In this document: one piece after another, positions 23,254 to 34,941 of the stretch
Layout of the letters: every line of letters begins with the position of its first letter
How positions within the stretch are numbered: the stretch's first letter is position 1
DNA from: Nymphaea colorata
Lineage: Eukaryota
NCBI RefSeq assembly: GCF_008831285.2
Contig: NC_045138.2
Span: forward strand, 30,132,001 to 30,196,000
DNA length: 64,000 nucleotides
Reading direction: 5' to 3'
Program-made: the position numbers and the translations under genes
The notes under the pieces: model-generated
Databases searched by the model: none
Told to the model about the DNA's origin: nothing
Seen by the model: the letters and a program-made list of their open reading frames with translations, nothing else

Positions 23254-26200
23254 TTAATGCTTCTGCCAGTAGTTCCTAAGTTGGGCAATGTGTAACAGGA
23301 TCTCATCCCGTCCTAGGTTGGTAACACTGCTTGTCATGATCCAAGGAGGAGCTTGTTGGAAGAACTCTGCTATCAATGTCTGAAAATCTTCCACATTCTC
23401 TTCAGGTCGCTTACCACCATTTTTTCTCTTCTTCCGTTTGTCGCACTTGGTAAAAATTAATGTCATTGGGATCTGAACAACGATGAAATGAACAGTGTTA
23501 GTGGTTGTGGTAACAAAGTATCAAGCCTTTCAAACAGAATGATTTTTCAAGTTCCACTTAATAAGTTTGGCAAGGTAGAAAGGAAGCCCAATCAACCAAT
23601 AATCATGTGAATGTCATGAACTATGGCCTATGGGGGACTGTATCAACAGAAAACCTTCAGTGGTGGGTTAAACTTATCGCAGTTGAAGTTAGTTTTGCCT
23701 GATGCATTTCCACCGTGTGAAGAACCTCAAAAAGATGCTATGAACAAATGCAGTGGTTACCTTATTTTCTCCCAGCCAGCGTGCATATTCGAGGTCAACA
23801 TGTTTTGCAGGTATGGTAGCATCAATGAGGAGAAAAACAGAAACTAGAGTTGATCGGTTGATGAAGTAATCTTTAGTGAACTCATTCCAATTGTACCGTG
23901 CTTGCTGTGGTGCAGATGCATATCTATCACATTTATACAAAGCACCAATCAGCAACAAACACCATATTAAATTACATTGCCGAATACATTAAAACTTACT
24001 ACAGCCAAACTTATACAACATGTTTATTCAAATCTGGCATTCCAAAAAGCAGCATGGATGAATCACAATATACCTAACTCTAGATGCAACATAAATAGCA
24101 TAACCATTGACTGCCCGAAGTAAACATGCCAACCGTTTTCACATTCCCCTCTTAACTCATGAATTATGAACCACATAAAATGTTACATGCATTAAACCAA
24201 CAATAGTTTATTATTTCAAATTACTCAAAGCAGGCAATTTACGTGACCTCTGCAAACACAACTCTCTTTGTGTGGATTTGCTTATGGCCAACATGCACAT
24301 GAAAACTTTTTATGGATATAATAAGATGCTTCTCTTCCTCGGTAAAAATTAAAGTTATTAAACTATGAAAAATGCATGAATCATCATAAGAGTTCCAAAA
24401 TCTCACAAAAACTTTTTACTTCTTTGACAAGCAAGCAATAAAAAATGCACTTTGTGTTTTCTAATGTACAGGCATTAGCATATTAATAGTAGCTAGTATT
24501 TGGCTGTAATGGACAGAAACTAAATTTTCCTCATAAATTTTAAAGTGCTTGAACAATCTTGTCAGTGAGATGGTAGCACTCTTGCTTGTGCAGGAATACC
24601 ATCTCATCTTATCTTTCTTCTTCTCATCAGTTGTCTGTGAGAACTAACAAAGAATTAGGTTGCATGAGCCATATAAGAATGGGGTAACTCAGGCTATCTT
24701 GGTCTAGACTCTAGATTAAAAAATAGAAATCAATTAGAAATTTAGAACAAATAAGAACCGAAGAAACCCAAGAAATATTAAAAGCAGTAGTTGACACAAC
24801 ACACATTGGCCTATTCAGGTTGATTCTAATAGCAGTGGGAAAGAAAAACCATCATCTTTGCCAGTATTGACAAAAGCAGGAGATACAGAAAAAAGAGGAA
24901 CCCTAACCATCCCTATATATGGTCGTAAATGGAGTCAGACAGTGTCTTCAATTTAAGAAGCATATTGCTGTCAATATCACATGAATATGACTTTGGATAT
25001 GGAGATTCAGCAACTTTTATGAACTTTACAATGTAACTTTCAGAAACAGGCACAAGTTTTGGGACTCAAAGTGAATATCCATGCGACTATTGGTGGCTGT
25101 CATAATGGTTTTGGGACTTAGGTCAAGGTACCCTGCTCTTGTGACATTAACAGAAATTATAGTAGTTATAGTCAACCTTAAGACATTAACAGAAAGCTCT
25201 TGTGAGATTAAGAGAAATTATAGTAGTTATAGTCAACCTTAAGACATTAGACCCCTGGAACTTAAAACAAAATATCATTTCGTTATTTAAAAATGAAAAA
25301 GCTCAGATGACATCATCAGCCCGTCTGGGTATGTCAATTAATTGAGAGAAAGGAAGGCATTAGTTCTTCTAGCCATACTCAATTTCCAATTCTCAGTTGA
25401 TAAGTCAACGCAAATACACCTGTATCCATTATGGATGTATCCTCTATCAATTATTAAACCTTTAAAATTTGGGCATTTTACTTCTAATCATACTTACTTC
25501 CCTTGCCTAACCAAAAAGTCACTGAACTACTTTTATATCCTACTTTTGTATACACTGCTGAGAGATCACTTCTGGCCATTATTAAACCTTTTTTTCTGCA
25601 TATTTCAAACTTCCTTCTCTCTAGGGATGGCCGCTGGTGAAATAAAAAACTTTGACTAGAAAAAAATCCAAAATGCAGGAGAATGAAGGAAGAGGAACAC
25701 AAACCAAGTCAAACAGGAACTAATTATCATCAAGTAGACAACATGTGGATATGGAACAGAATAACCCTTGGCAGTAAATCGTACATGGAGGACCAAGAAA
25801 AGAAAGTTTTGCGAACAATATCATGGTGAGAACATGCTGTTTCTTTTGATCTCAATATCAGCATGCTTTTTATCAATTCTGGTAAGGTTTTTGAGCTTTT
25901 TAGACCTTCTAACTTTTTCCTTAAGGATGTCAAGAACGTGACTTAGTTGCAGAAATTACACTTTTTTATAACGCAGTGCATTTGGATATAGGACCATCCA
26001 TTGGAATTTTTGAATCAGACAACGGGTTATAGTATCAACATTCTTCAGGTCCCGGATAATCCCCATTCAAATGCTCAGCTTAACCGATTAGAGATTCATA
26101 ATAATGCAAAAGCACAGAACAAAACATCAAGATATTGAAAGAAAATCGTTCTTGGAGTTACCCATATCCAGGCAAGTCCACAAGGTACCAGCTATTGTTT

Positions 26201-27267
26201 ATCAGAAAGTGATTGATGCATTGTGTCTTCCCTGCAAGAACATGTTGTTGGACAAAGTGAGATCAATTCACAGTCCATTACAAGGAGATATATGCAAATG
26301 TACGCGTCTGTGTGCCTTGACTGTACATATAGATTGAAGTAGTGGATCATAGAAATTGAACCTTCATGTACTTCAAGATGAACGAAAAATGAATTACAAA
26401 AATCATTTTCCAGTGAACGAGTCGAATCCTTTATATCATCGTGGGCTGGTGGTTGGTAATCCAGCATAATCCCGTTTATAGAAGTTATGGTTTGACAATT
26501 GCTAAAAATTTCCAAGGACAAAGGGGCAGAGTTAGCAAAGAAGGAGCACTCCGTTCCATCAACAGCTACCCATTACATAGCATTCGTTCAGTGAAATCTA
26601 GCTTGCCCTCCAGACACCCGCATCATTCAACTATCTCATAAGCCACAAAGATACTTATCTTTTGCTGATTCCTAATTGACTGAAGAAAGGCAGATAAACA
26701 AGAAGCAGAAGAAGAGAGAAAAGGAGGAAGTGGCGTGCCTGGTTTCTTGGAGGTGAGGGCGAGATGCTTCCTACGAACGATGGAGTTGAGGAGGGAGGAT
26801 TTGCCGACGTTGGAACGGCCGACGAGGGCAAACTCCGGCCGCCCGTCCGAGGGGCAATCCTCATGCCTGGTGCTGCTCTTCACAAACTCCGCCTGCAGTA
26901 CCTGGGATCCCTTCGCGTACGGGCTCAGCACGATGTTGGAGCCCTTCAGGATTCTATAGCTCGAAGCGTCCGCGTCGGCGGAGACCTCGACATCGGGAGG
27001 AATGAAGAGCTTCTCCAGCGGAACATGTATTGGCGCTCCACCACCATCACCATCCTCATCATCCTCATCGCAGTTCACGCCTGAGAGCAGTGGAGACGGA
27101 ATAAGGGATGGTGGCGGCGGAGAGGTGGTAGGAGTGGCAGCGTGGGTCCGGAGAGAGAGGAATGGCCTCGGTGGGATGATGAGACGGAGAGGTTGTCTGG
27201 TTATGGGAGTGGAAGAGAAGGGGTGACAGAGGAGGAGGAGGGGAAGATGGTGACGTAGAAGCATCAT
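23254..27267 (-). CDS. EngB/YihA (YsxC)-family GTP-binding protein, organelle-targeted, about 326 aa, 4 exons
   Basis: Exons 27267-26739 (GC donor), 26231-26162, 23923-23761 and 23472-23254 are in frame. G1 GRSNVGKS, G2 PGKTQ, G3 DLPGYG, G4 TKCD. The N-terminus is Pro/Ser/Arg-rich and transit-peptide-like. Confidence 0.93.
25141..25250. repeat. About 61-bp tandem duplication in EngB intron 2
   Basis: AGAAATTATAGTAGTTATAGTCAACCTTAAGACATTA occurs twice. Confidence 0.85.
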
Positions 27268-27614
27268 TCAGTCACTGAACAGAGACGCGGCGACCATCCT
27301 TCCTGAAAAGAAAGAGATTGCAGACGGAACTTTCACTCCTACACGAGACGCGTTGAAGAGAAACTGAAGCAGATTAGATGGACAGGGAGGCCGACGACCC
27401 CGTTGGACTAGATTTCTCGAGAAAAAGATCTGGTCGAGTGCTGCAAATTTTAAGGCGAACGACTTTGAACCTCCACATTCTCTTATTCGACGGCTTCAAC
27501 CCTCGAGCGAAAATTTTAAGATATTTTTGTCTTCAAATTCTGTATGTGTGTTAAAATAGTAAAAGTAAAAAATTTATTTTCGGGTGATCATGAGTTCAAA
27601 CTTCTTCTTAGAGG

Positions 27615-28070
27615 TGGAGCTGCACACTAGCCAAGTCGGGTTCGACTTAATTTATAAAACTCTAGTTCGAGCTTGGACCTTGAGTCGAGTTCCAGATCAG
27701 GTTCGACTTCAACTCTAACTCGAGTTCAACTGTCGAGCTCAACTCAACTATACAGCATAGAGCTCGAGCTTGACAAGTTTACCTCGTTTATGTTAACCTG
27801 TTTCGTTTAGCTGGTCAACTGGTTTAACTTGTTTAACTAATTCAACAATGATGAATTGATTTTATGGAATCTAACTGGGCTGAGCTAAGTTTAAATGAGC
27901 CAAGTTCTTCGAGCTCGATTTGCTTAACATTTCAAATATGAATTTAAACTCCAGTCCGATCTGTTTATTCAAGCTCGAGTTGGCTCGCCTCTAATTTGAG
28001 TCGAGTTTTTTTTTTTTTTTTTGGCGAGTTCAAATTGAGTTGAGTTGGCTTGATTTGGTGTGCAACCCTA
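27615..28070. mobile_element. MITE-like element rich in GAGCTCGAG/CTCGAG subterminal motifs
   Basis: Imperfect TIRs TGGAGCTGCACAC ... GTGTGCAACCCTA. Related fragments at about 16632-16700 and 46530-46750. No convincing TSD. Confidence 0.6.
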
Positions 28071-28739
28071 ATCTTTTAAGTCCTAGTGAAAAAACCAACA
28101 ATTATTAACTAAAACTAGCATCCTCAAAGCCCCACTTTATGAATGGATGATTGCAGAGGAAAAGAGTTTGTAGAAACCAAATCCGTTGGGTCGGACTATA
28201 ATGAAAGCAATTTGCAATTAAAAAATGGAAAAGGCAATTATAAATATGGTCACCTATAATACGACTATTCAATTAATTAACGGTGGTTAGTGGAGAAGAA
28301 ACCTTTTTTTTCATCCCTAAGGTTCGGGGCTGCTTCAGAACTTAAGTGGTCATATGATACACCTTTCAACTCAAATGCTGTGTACGTTATAATTTATAGT
28401 CTTGAGAAGTTGCACCTACACTGAGGCGGACCAGCTATGCTACACCCATTGAAACAACTAAGCAAGGAGCGGCTGAAAATGAGGTGAACAAACCCACCAT
28501 GGTATAACATTTAAGTTTAGTTGGTCGCGTTTCATGGGAACATGTTTGGCTCCTTTAGATGCATAATTTTCAGGCTCGAGCTTTGAATTGCTTGATTATC
28601 GACTAATATATAACAAAGTAAGCTGAAACTTCACTTAAGTTAGCTCACAAGGTTGCGAGTATGATTTAGCTTATATATTCTTACGAGCCCAACTTGAGTT
28701 TGAAAGAACAGTTAGAGCACTCCAAAATAACAAAAAAGG

Positions 28740-28885
28740 AAAATAATTGTACATGTCATTTTAAAAAAAAATTATTTAGATTTTATAAAAGTTTTGTAAA
28801 ATTATATTTCAACCTTCCGGCCCATATTAAAATTTTAAAGTTATAGTTCAACCCTTTTAATTAAAAATTCATGACTCTGCCATTG
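28740..28885 (-). mobile_element. Degenerate copy of the AT-rich-core hAT-like MITE family
   Basis: Ends in ATGACTCTGCCATTG (TIR-like). Interior resembles the reverse complement of the 16171 and 46080 cores. Confidence 0.4.
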
Positions 28886-28931
28886 TATATAGTAACATAA
28901 CTACAAATTACTTGCAAGCATATAATAACTG

Positions 28932-28965
<34 letters not shown>

Positions 28966-30736
28966 ATCAGATGTTGACAACTAATAAAATTAAAACTGTT
29001 TCTAAAACTACCTTAATCATTGCTAAAATATTATGACCCATCACTACCATAAACTGTTGCTAAGGCTGACAAATATTTTTAATGACAAAATTAAATTTTT
29101 TAGCCAACTGGGAATATAGGCAGCCAACTAATTTCAATTCCCCCGCTCAACATGCTATATAATTGGTTATTGTATGCTTATAAGTGATCTGTAGTTCTGT
29201 TACTACATATAAGCTTAACTGAACTCTATAATCCCAAGAGCTAAATAGGACCTGTTCTTCCAAGCTCAGGCTAGGGTCATATGAATTGATGAGCTAAAAG
29301 AGAGAAAGAGGGAGAGAGAGAGAAAGAGGGAGAGAGAGAGAGAGAGAGATTGCTCCTTAGCAGCTTGTTTGAAGGAGTTTAGATCAAAATAGAATAAAAG
29401 TTTTATTAAAAATTTTCTCTAAATTTAGGTTCATAATTAAGGAGTGAAGTTTTGAAAATAAAAGGCTAAATTGCTGGAGGATTCCATTTGGGGCGCCGTG
29501 AAGGATCCAAAACCAACCCAAATCGGCTCTAAGATGCAAAAAGAATGTATACAAGATTGGATTGGAATGCACTGCCCAAAAATGCTATATATGCCTTCCA
29601 CAATCTTTAAAAAATGAGAGGCCATCATCTACTTTATTATTTACTAAAATTTTGACAAAAACAAAAATCAATCTTTGAAGGGATAACAAAAACATGCTTT
29701 GGTTGGCATGAGTAGTATTGTATCCTACATGATGAATTTCTAATAGCTTGTAATTGTTTTATGAATGTAGCCTAAAAGTCTAGGCAAATTCATATAATAC
29801 TTTTTAAAATATTTTATAAATCTATTATACAAGACTTATGTTACCTTCACAGTCCTTCAACTTGACGCCCCCTCCTTTACAACACATAAAGTTGATATCA
29901 TAATGATTGGAAACTAGAACTGTTAGCCTAGCCTCCGCCACAAACTTTGCATTAACGCTTTGTTGACGATAACAAATGCGTGCTCAGTTTTAATAATATA
30001 GTATGTCTGACTAGCAAATTACATATACAAGCGGCAAATGAAAGAAAAATCAGTCTTGAGCATGATTTTGTTCTACCACCACAAAGTGATCGTACTGTTG
30101 TAAAACTTCCCCTCTTTAATGGCGGATTTGAGGGATTTTGAGCTTAAAATACGAGGATCTGAATAAATATGACTAACTCGATGTAAGAAAAACCACAGCA
30201 GTTTGTCATATTAAGAATCTTAAGTCCCAACCAAAGCCACATCAACTACATGTTTTTTCGTTCTGTTTGGTTAATGGATAATCTAAGGTGGAAAGCAGCC
30301 AAATCTGAGGGCAAGATCGACCCCTACAAATATGTTTTCACACTTATCTGAAGCGTGCATCGCGTGGTCTTTCCTGTCGTAACGAATGGTCAGAGACAAA
30401 CAGGAATCACACGTATGTGAGAGAGACAGAGAGGTTTGGAATTTGATCAACATTAGAATGGAAGACGATATTTGATCAATGAAAGCCACGTTCTCCAATT
30501 CATTTTATAATCGATTGCCATCATCCATTTCTCTGAGAAAGAAGGAATCGATCATCGTCGCAGCTGAGCTCACGTGCAGCTCGTGGGCTTCGTCGCCAAC
30601 TCCTGCGCCATGGTGGCAACAGTTTGGCATGGCCCTTTTAAAAGAGCTGCCACCTTCCTTCCACAAGACAACAAAGAAGGTTACAACCGCCATTCTTACT
30701 ACTACCACCACTATCATCCGTACTTGATCTTCAGCC

Positions 30737-33700
30737 ATGGACGACATCGACGAGGAAACAGCTCCTCCTCAAGCCCAAGTTGAAGAGGAATTTCGGCCTT
30801 ACTACCCCGAGAAGGTCGAAGACGAAGGCGTTCTTACGAAGGAGGGGTTGAAGAAGAAGCTGATCAAAGTAGGTGAAGGATGGGACGCTCCCCTACTCGG
30901 AGACGAAGTCACAGGTGCCTAAACCAAATGCTTAGCATGTCCAGTGATTGTTTCTGGTGGTGCTGCCAATGTGTCTTTTCTCCCTATCAAAAATGTTGTG
31001 AAAAACAAAGCTGTTGGATTTGCAGTGCATTTTACTGGATCTGTGGTTGGTGGGGAGAAGTTTGCCTCGAGCAAGGACAAAGGGGAACCATTTGTTTTCA
31101 ATGTCGGAAAATGTAAGTTAATTTTCTAATCGAAACATGGTATAAATGTAAGAAAATTTCGTCTCAAATGAAGCTGAAGATTGTCTTATCTTCAACCTCT
31201 TTTAACTGCAGATTCAGGTGCTGAGCTCAGGGGCTGCGATGACGGTATCATCACAATGAGGCTAGGCGAGATAGCGCTCTTCACCGTGCCTCCCAAACTA
31301 ACGCAGGGGATCCAGGAGACTTTCCCGTCCATTGCTGCTGATGCCACCCTCCAGTTCGAGATTGAATTGATATCTTGGCTGAAAGTTGTTGATGTCTGCG
31401 AGGACGGAGGGATAATTAAGAAGATTCTGCACAGAACAGAGGCTATAGAGCGAGCAAAAGAGAAGGATGAAGTGACAGGTGAGACGCGGCCTCTAGTTTC
31501 TCTCTCTCTCTGTCTCACACACACGCATTGTAACGTTTCTTTCCTGTGTTGATTGATTGGCAGTTAAATATGAGGTAAAGCTTGACGATGGCACTGTGGT
31601 AGCAAAATCACCTGAAGATGGAGTAGAATTTGTCGTTCACGATGGTATCACAGCTAAATGAACAATAAGTTGGCAATACATAATCATGCAGAATAATCAT
31701 GATTTTTTCCTTTGAGATCTGACGCTCAGAAAACTGTAACTTTGATGTTTCAGGCCAACTGTGTCCTGCAATTGCAAAGGCGGTAGTGACCATGAGGAAG
31801 GGGGAGAAGGCCGTTCTTACAGTACAGCCTCAATGTACGTTGCTGCAAACTCTGGTTTACCATATCCAAACACAAAAATCAATTGCTAAAGCAATTTTTC
31901 TTAGAACTTGGATTTTTTAACGATAGTAGCTTTAGTTCAGTTAGTTTTGGCAAGGCATTAAATTCGTCTAGAAGTGTCAAGATTTTGAATGTGGAATCTG
32001 TTCAGAAGATATTTTGTGAATTGTCTTAGCTCTCAGTGAAGCATTTGATAACCCATGCAACATCTATTGCATGAAATGACTTGAGAACGATTTCGTACTT
32101 ATGATGCTTGTAGTGAATTATTTTCAAATATGGAGCCTAGCAACTGTTTAGCTTCCTGATCCATGAGGCTTTGAATGCTGAACAAAGGCAAGTAACGTAC
32201 TGAAGAAATGCTTCTAGGAATGATATGCTTCCTGGATCTTTTGATAATATTACACAAATTACGGTTAGGATTTTGTCAACTTTGTTTGCACTAATGGTTT
32301 TCCTTTTAGCTGATTTAACATCATGCCACATTCAATTCTTATGCTGCTTGCAATAATTCACCTCATTTTGATAATCTGATTTGTCGAACGGAGAGAATAT
32401 AAAGCAGCATTCTTCTTTCATTAAGTCAATAATTGTAATTCACATGTTCTATTCTAGTGTAAATGTTGCAATCGCTGCGCCATCAACTGTCTTACACCCA
32501 ACAATGTTATTTTGAGATTCAAATGTGTGGAGAGGCTTAAAATACTGGCTTCCGTTCTTTTTCATACTTTTCTTCTTTGCATCTTCTCATCTTCTAATTC
32601 CAACACTATCAGTATAGGTTTGGGTAATTTTCAAGGAAATATTGTGCATGACAATTCTGGATACCTGCGTATTCATCTTTTCATTGGTATGAACTTTGGT
32701 TCACAGATGGGTTCGGGGAGAAGGGGAGGCCAGCGACAGACGATCAGTTTCCTGCTATTCCTCCTAATGCTGTCCTTACCATTTTCCTGGAGTTGGTTGC
32801 ATTCAAGCTTCTTGAGTATATTACCGAAGATAAGAAAGTGATCAAGAAAATCACCTGCCCTATGGAGACCTTTGAGAAGCCAAACAGTGGGGCAGTTGCT
32901 CATAGTAAGTTGTTTTTTTCAACCAAGTTGAAGTCTGTTTGAATAATTCTTACCACCTTGTTTTCCAGAAGTGGCAAGATATTTTTAGATTTTGCGGTTC
33001 CTGCTCTGCAAGATAACTCCTTTTATTGGAACGCAAATGCAGTTAGATATGTTGGCAAGCTTTCAGATGGAACAATCTTTGACAAGAAGGGCCATGATGG
33101 GGAAGAACCTCTTGAATTTCTTGTAGATGAAGGTAACTTCTCGTAGTACTTTCTCCACATATCCAGCTATTTCATGAAGTAGAGTCCTAAGGCACGATCT
33201 TTTGACTGCAGACCAAGTAATCAGTGGCCTAGATCTAGCTGCTGCAACTATGCGCAAAGGTGAAATTGCTCTGGTTATAATTGGTCCTGAATATGGCTAT
33301 GCAGACACCCAATATGAGGGAAAACTTGCTGTGGTACCTGCACATTCGACACTTTACTATGAAGTGGAGATGGTAGACTTTACCAAGGTGATTAAATATT
33401 TTTAAAGTGGTCACAATGTTAACTCCTATGTTCATCTTGTCATGTTTGTAAGAAAATACAGATGCTAAACTATACAATGCATAAATGCATGATGACAATT
33501 TAAATTGGATAAATGAGGATTTCATTCAATAACGCATGAATCGATCTGAAAATAATGCTGGGGATCTCTTGGTATAGTTATAGTAGGGATGTGTTTAACC
33601 CCAGTTTGTACTTAAAGGCATTCCTGAGAGAGAACAATTTCTGTTCACATACACTTGAGCTTCACCTCTACTCACCTAATATATATGTGGTTTGAATATA

Positions 33701-34941
33701 TCAGGTAAAGGAGTCATGGGATATGGAACCTGAGGAAAAGATTGAATATGCAGGAAGAAGGAAAGAGGAAGGTAATGCCTATTTTAAGGCTGGAAAATAT
33801 GAACGAGCTTCATTGAGGTTTGACATGGTAAGTTCTGTTCTCCCCATCAATCTTGATTATTTTTCAGCCTAAGATTTTATGGATCCTAGAGGTTTCGCTC
33901 CCTTATGTACCAAATCTTTAAAATTTAAAATAAGCGTCACGACTACATAGCTTTGTGCTTGATGGTGCATGTTTCTATCTTTTCCATAGGCTGTAAAATA
34001 TGTAGAATTTGAAAGCACCTTCAGTGAAGAACAGAAGAAGATTGGAAAATTTTTTAAAGTCACATGCAGTCTGAATAATGCAGCATGCAAGCTGAAGCTA
34101 AAGAAATATAGAGAAGCCGCCAAACTATGCACAAATGTGAGTTGGAAACGTAAATTTGGATACTTTGATGTATTTGATGGTCTTATGAATTATGTTGATG
34201 TACCAATTGGCTGCAATTAACACATTATAGTCTTCTGCCATAACATAGTATCGTTTATGATTGCTGCATTGTCTTCACTCAGGTATTAAAACTGGAATCT
34301 CAGAATGTGAAAGCTCTGTTCAGGAGGGCACAGGCATACATCGAGACAACAGATTTTGATTTGGCAGAGTTGGATCTAAAGAAGGCATTGGAGATTGATC
34401 CTGATAATAGGTAGTTTTGAAGTTTTGTGGTAAACAGTTTTTCTTTCTTCGGACACTGGACTTTTTCACATGAATGTGTGATCATATGGTAATTAGGCTT
34501 TTATAGTTCTGGTGCTCTCTCTATGTCCTGGAGGAGAAAAAGGATCATGAAAGTCACAAAGAATAAGCTTTCTTCAACACGTTTCCTTGCTGATATATAG
34601 CTGAGACCTATAACTGTTGCCATGTTTGCAGCATACATGATTATCTTCCTGTTTTACAATTATATGTAACTGTGGAACATTCATGAAATATCTGGATCTC
34701 TAAATTCCTGTTTAGGGAGTTGAAGTCAGAGTATGCAAGACTGAAGAAGCTGCAGGCCTACTATGACAAGAAGGATAGTAAGCTGTACGCAAGCATGGTC
34801 GAAAAGCTGCGGCTTTCAGATGGAAAGGCGAGTGAATTCTTCTGCACATTACTTGTTCAGTTTTTGATTGCTGAATCTAACGGGGCTGATTTTTGTGGCT
34901 GCAATTTTCAGGAGGAAAAGAAGCTGGTGGAGGTAAACTGA
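30737..34941 (+). CDS. Multi-domain FKBP-type immunophilin (3 FKBP domains + TPR; FKBP62/65, ROF-like), about 563 aa, 13 exons
   Basis: Exons 30737-30914, 31026-31112, 31218 (or 31212)-31478, 31564-31644, 31754-31834, 32707-32904, 33043-33132, 33212-33387, 33705-33827, 33990-34136, 34283-34410, 34716-34827 (GC donor) and 34912-34941 are in frame. FKBP motifs GLKKKLIKVGEG..GDEVTVHFTG and ATLQFEIELISW. TPR motifs KEEGNAYFK, LNNAACKLKL and NVKALFRRAQAY..ALEIDPDNR. Confidence 0.93.

Noticed and set aside
30479..30783. ORFs upstream of and overlapping the FKBP start
   Set aside because: The TSS is unknown and may lie downstream of these ATGs (TA-rich box near 30636). There is no homology, so they cannot be supported as uORFs.
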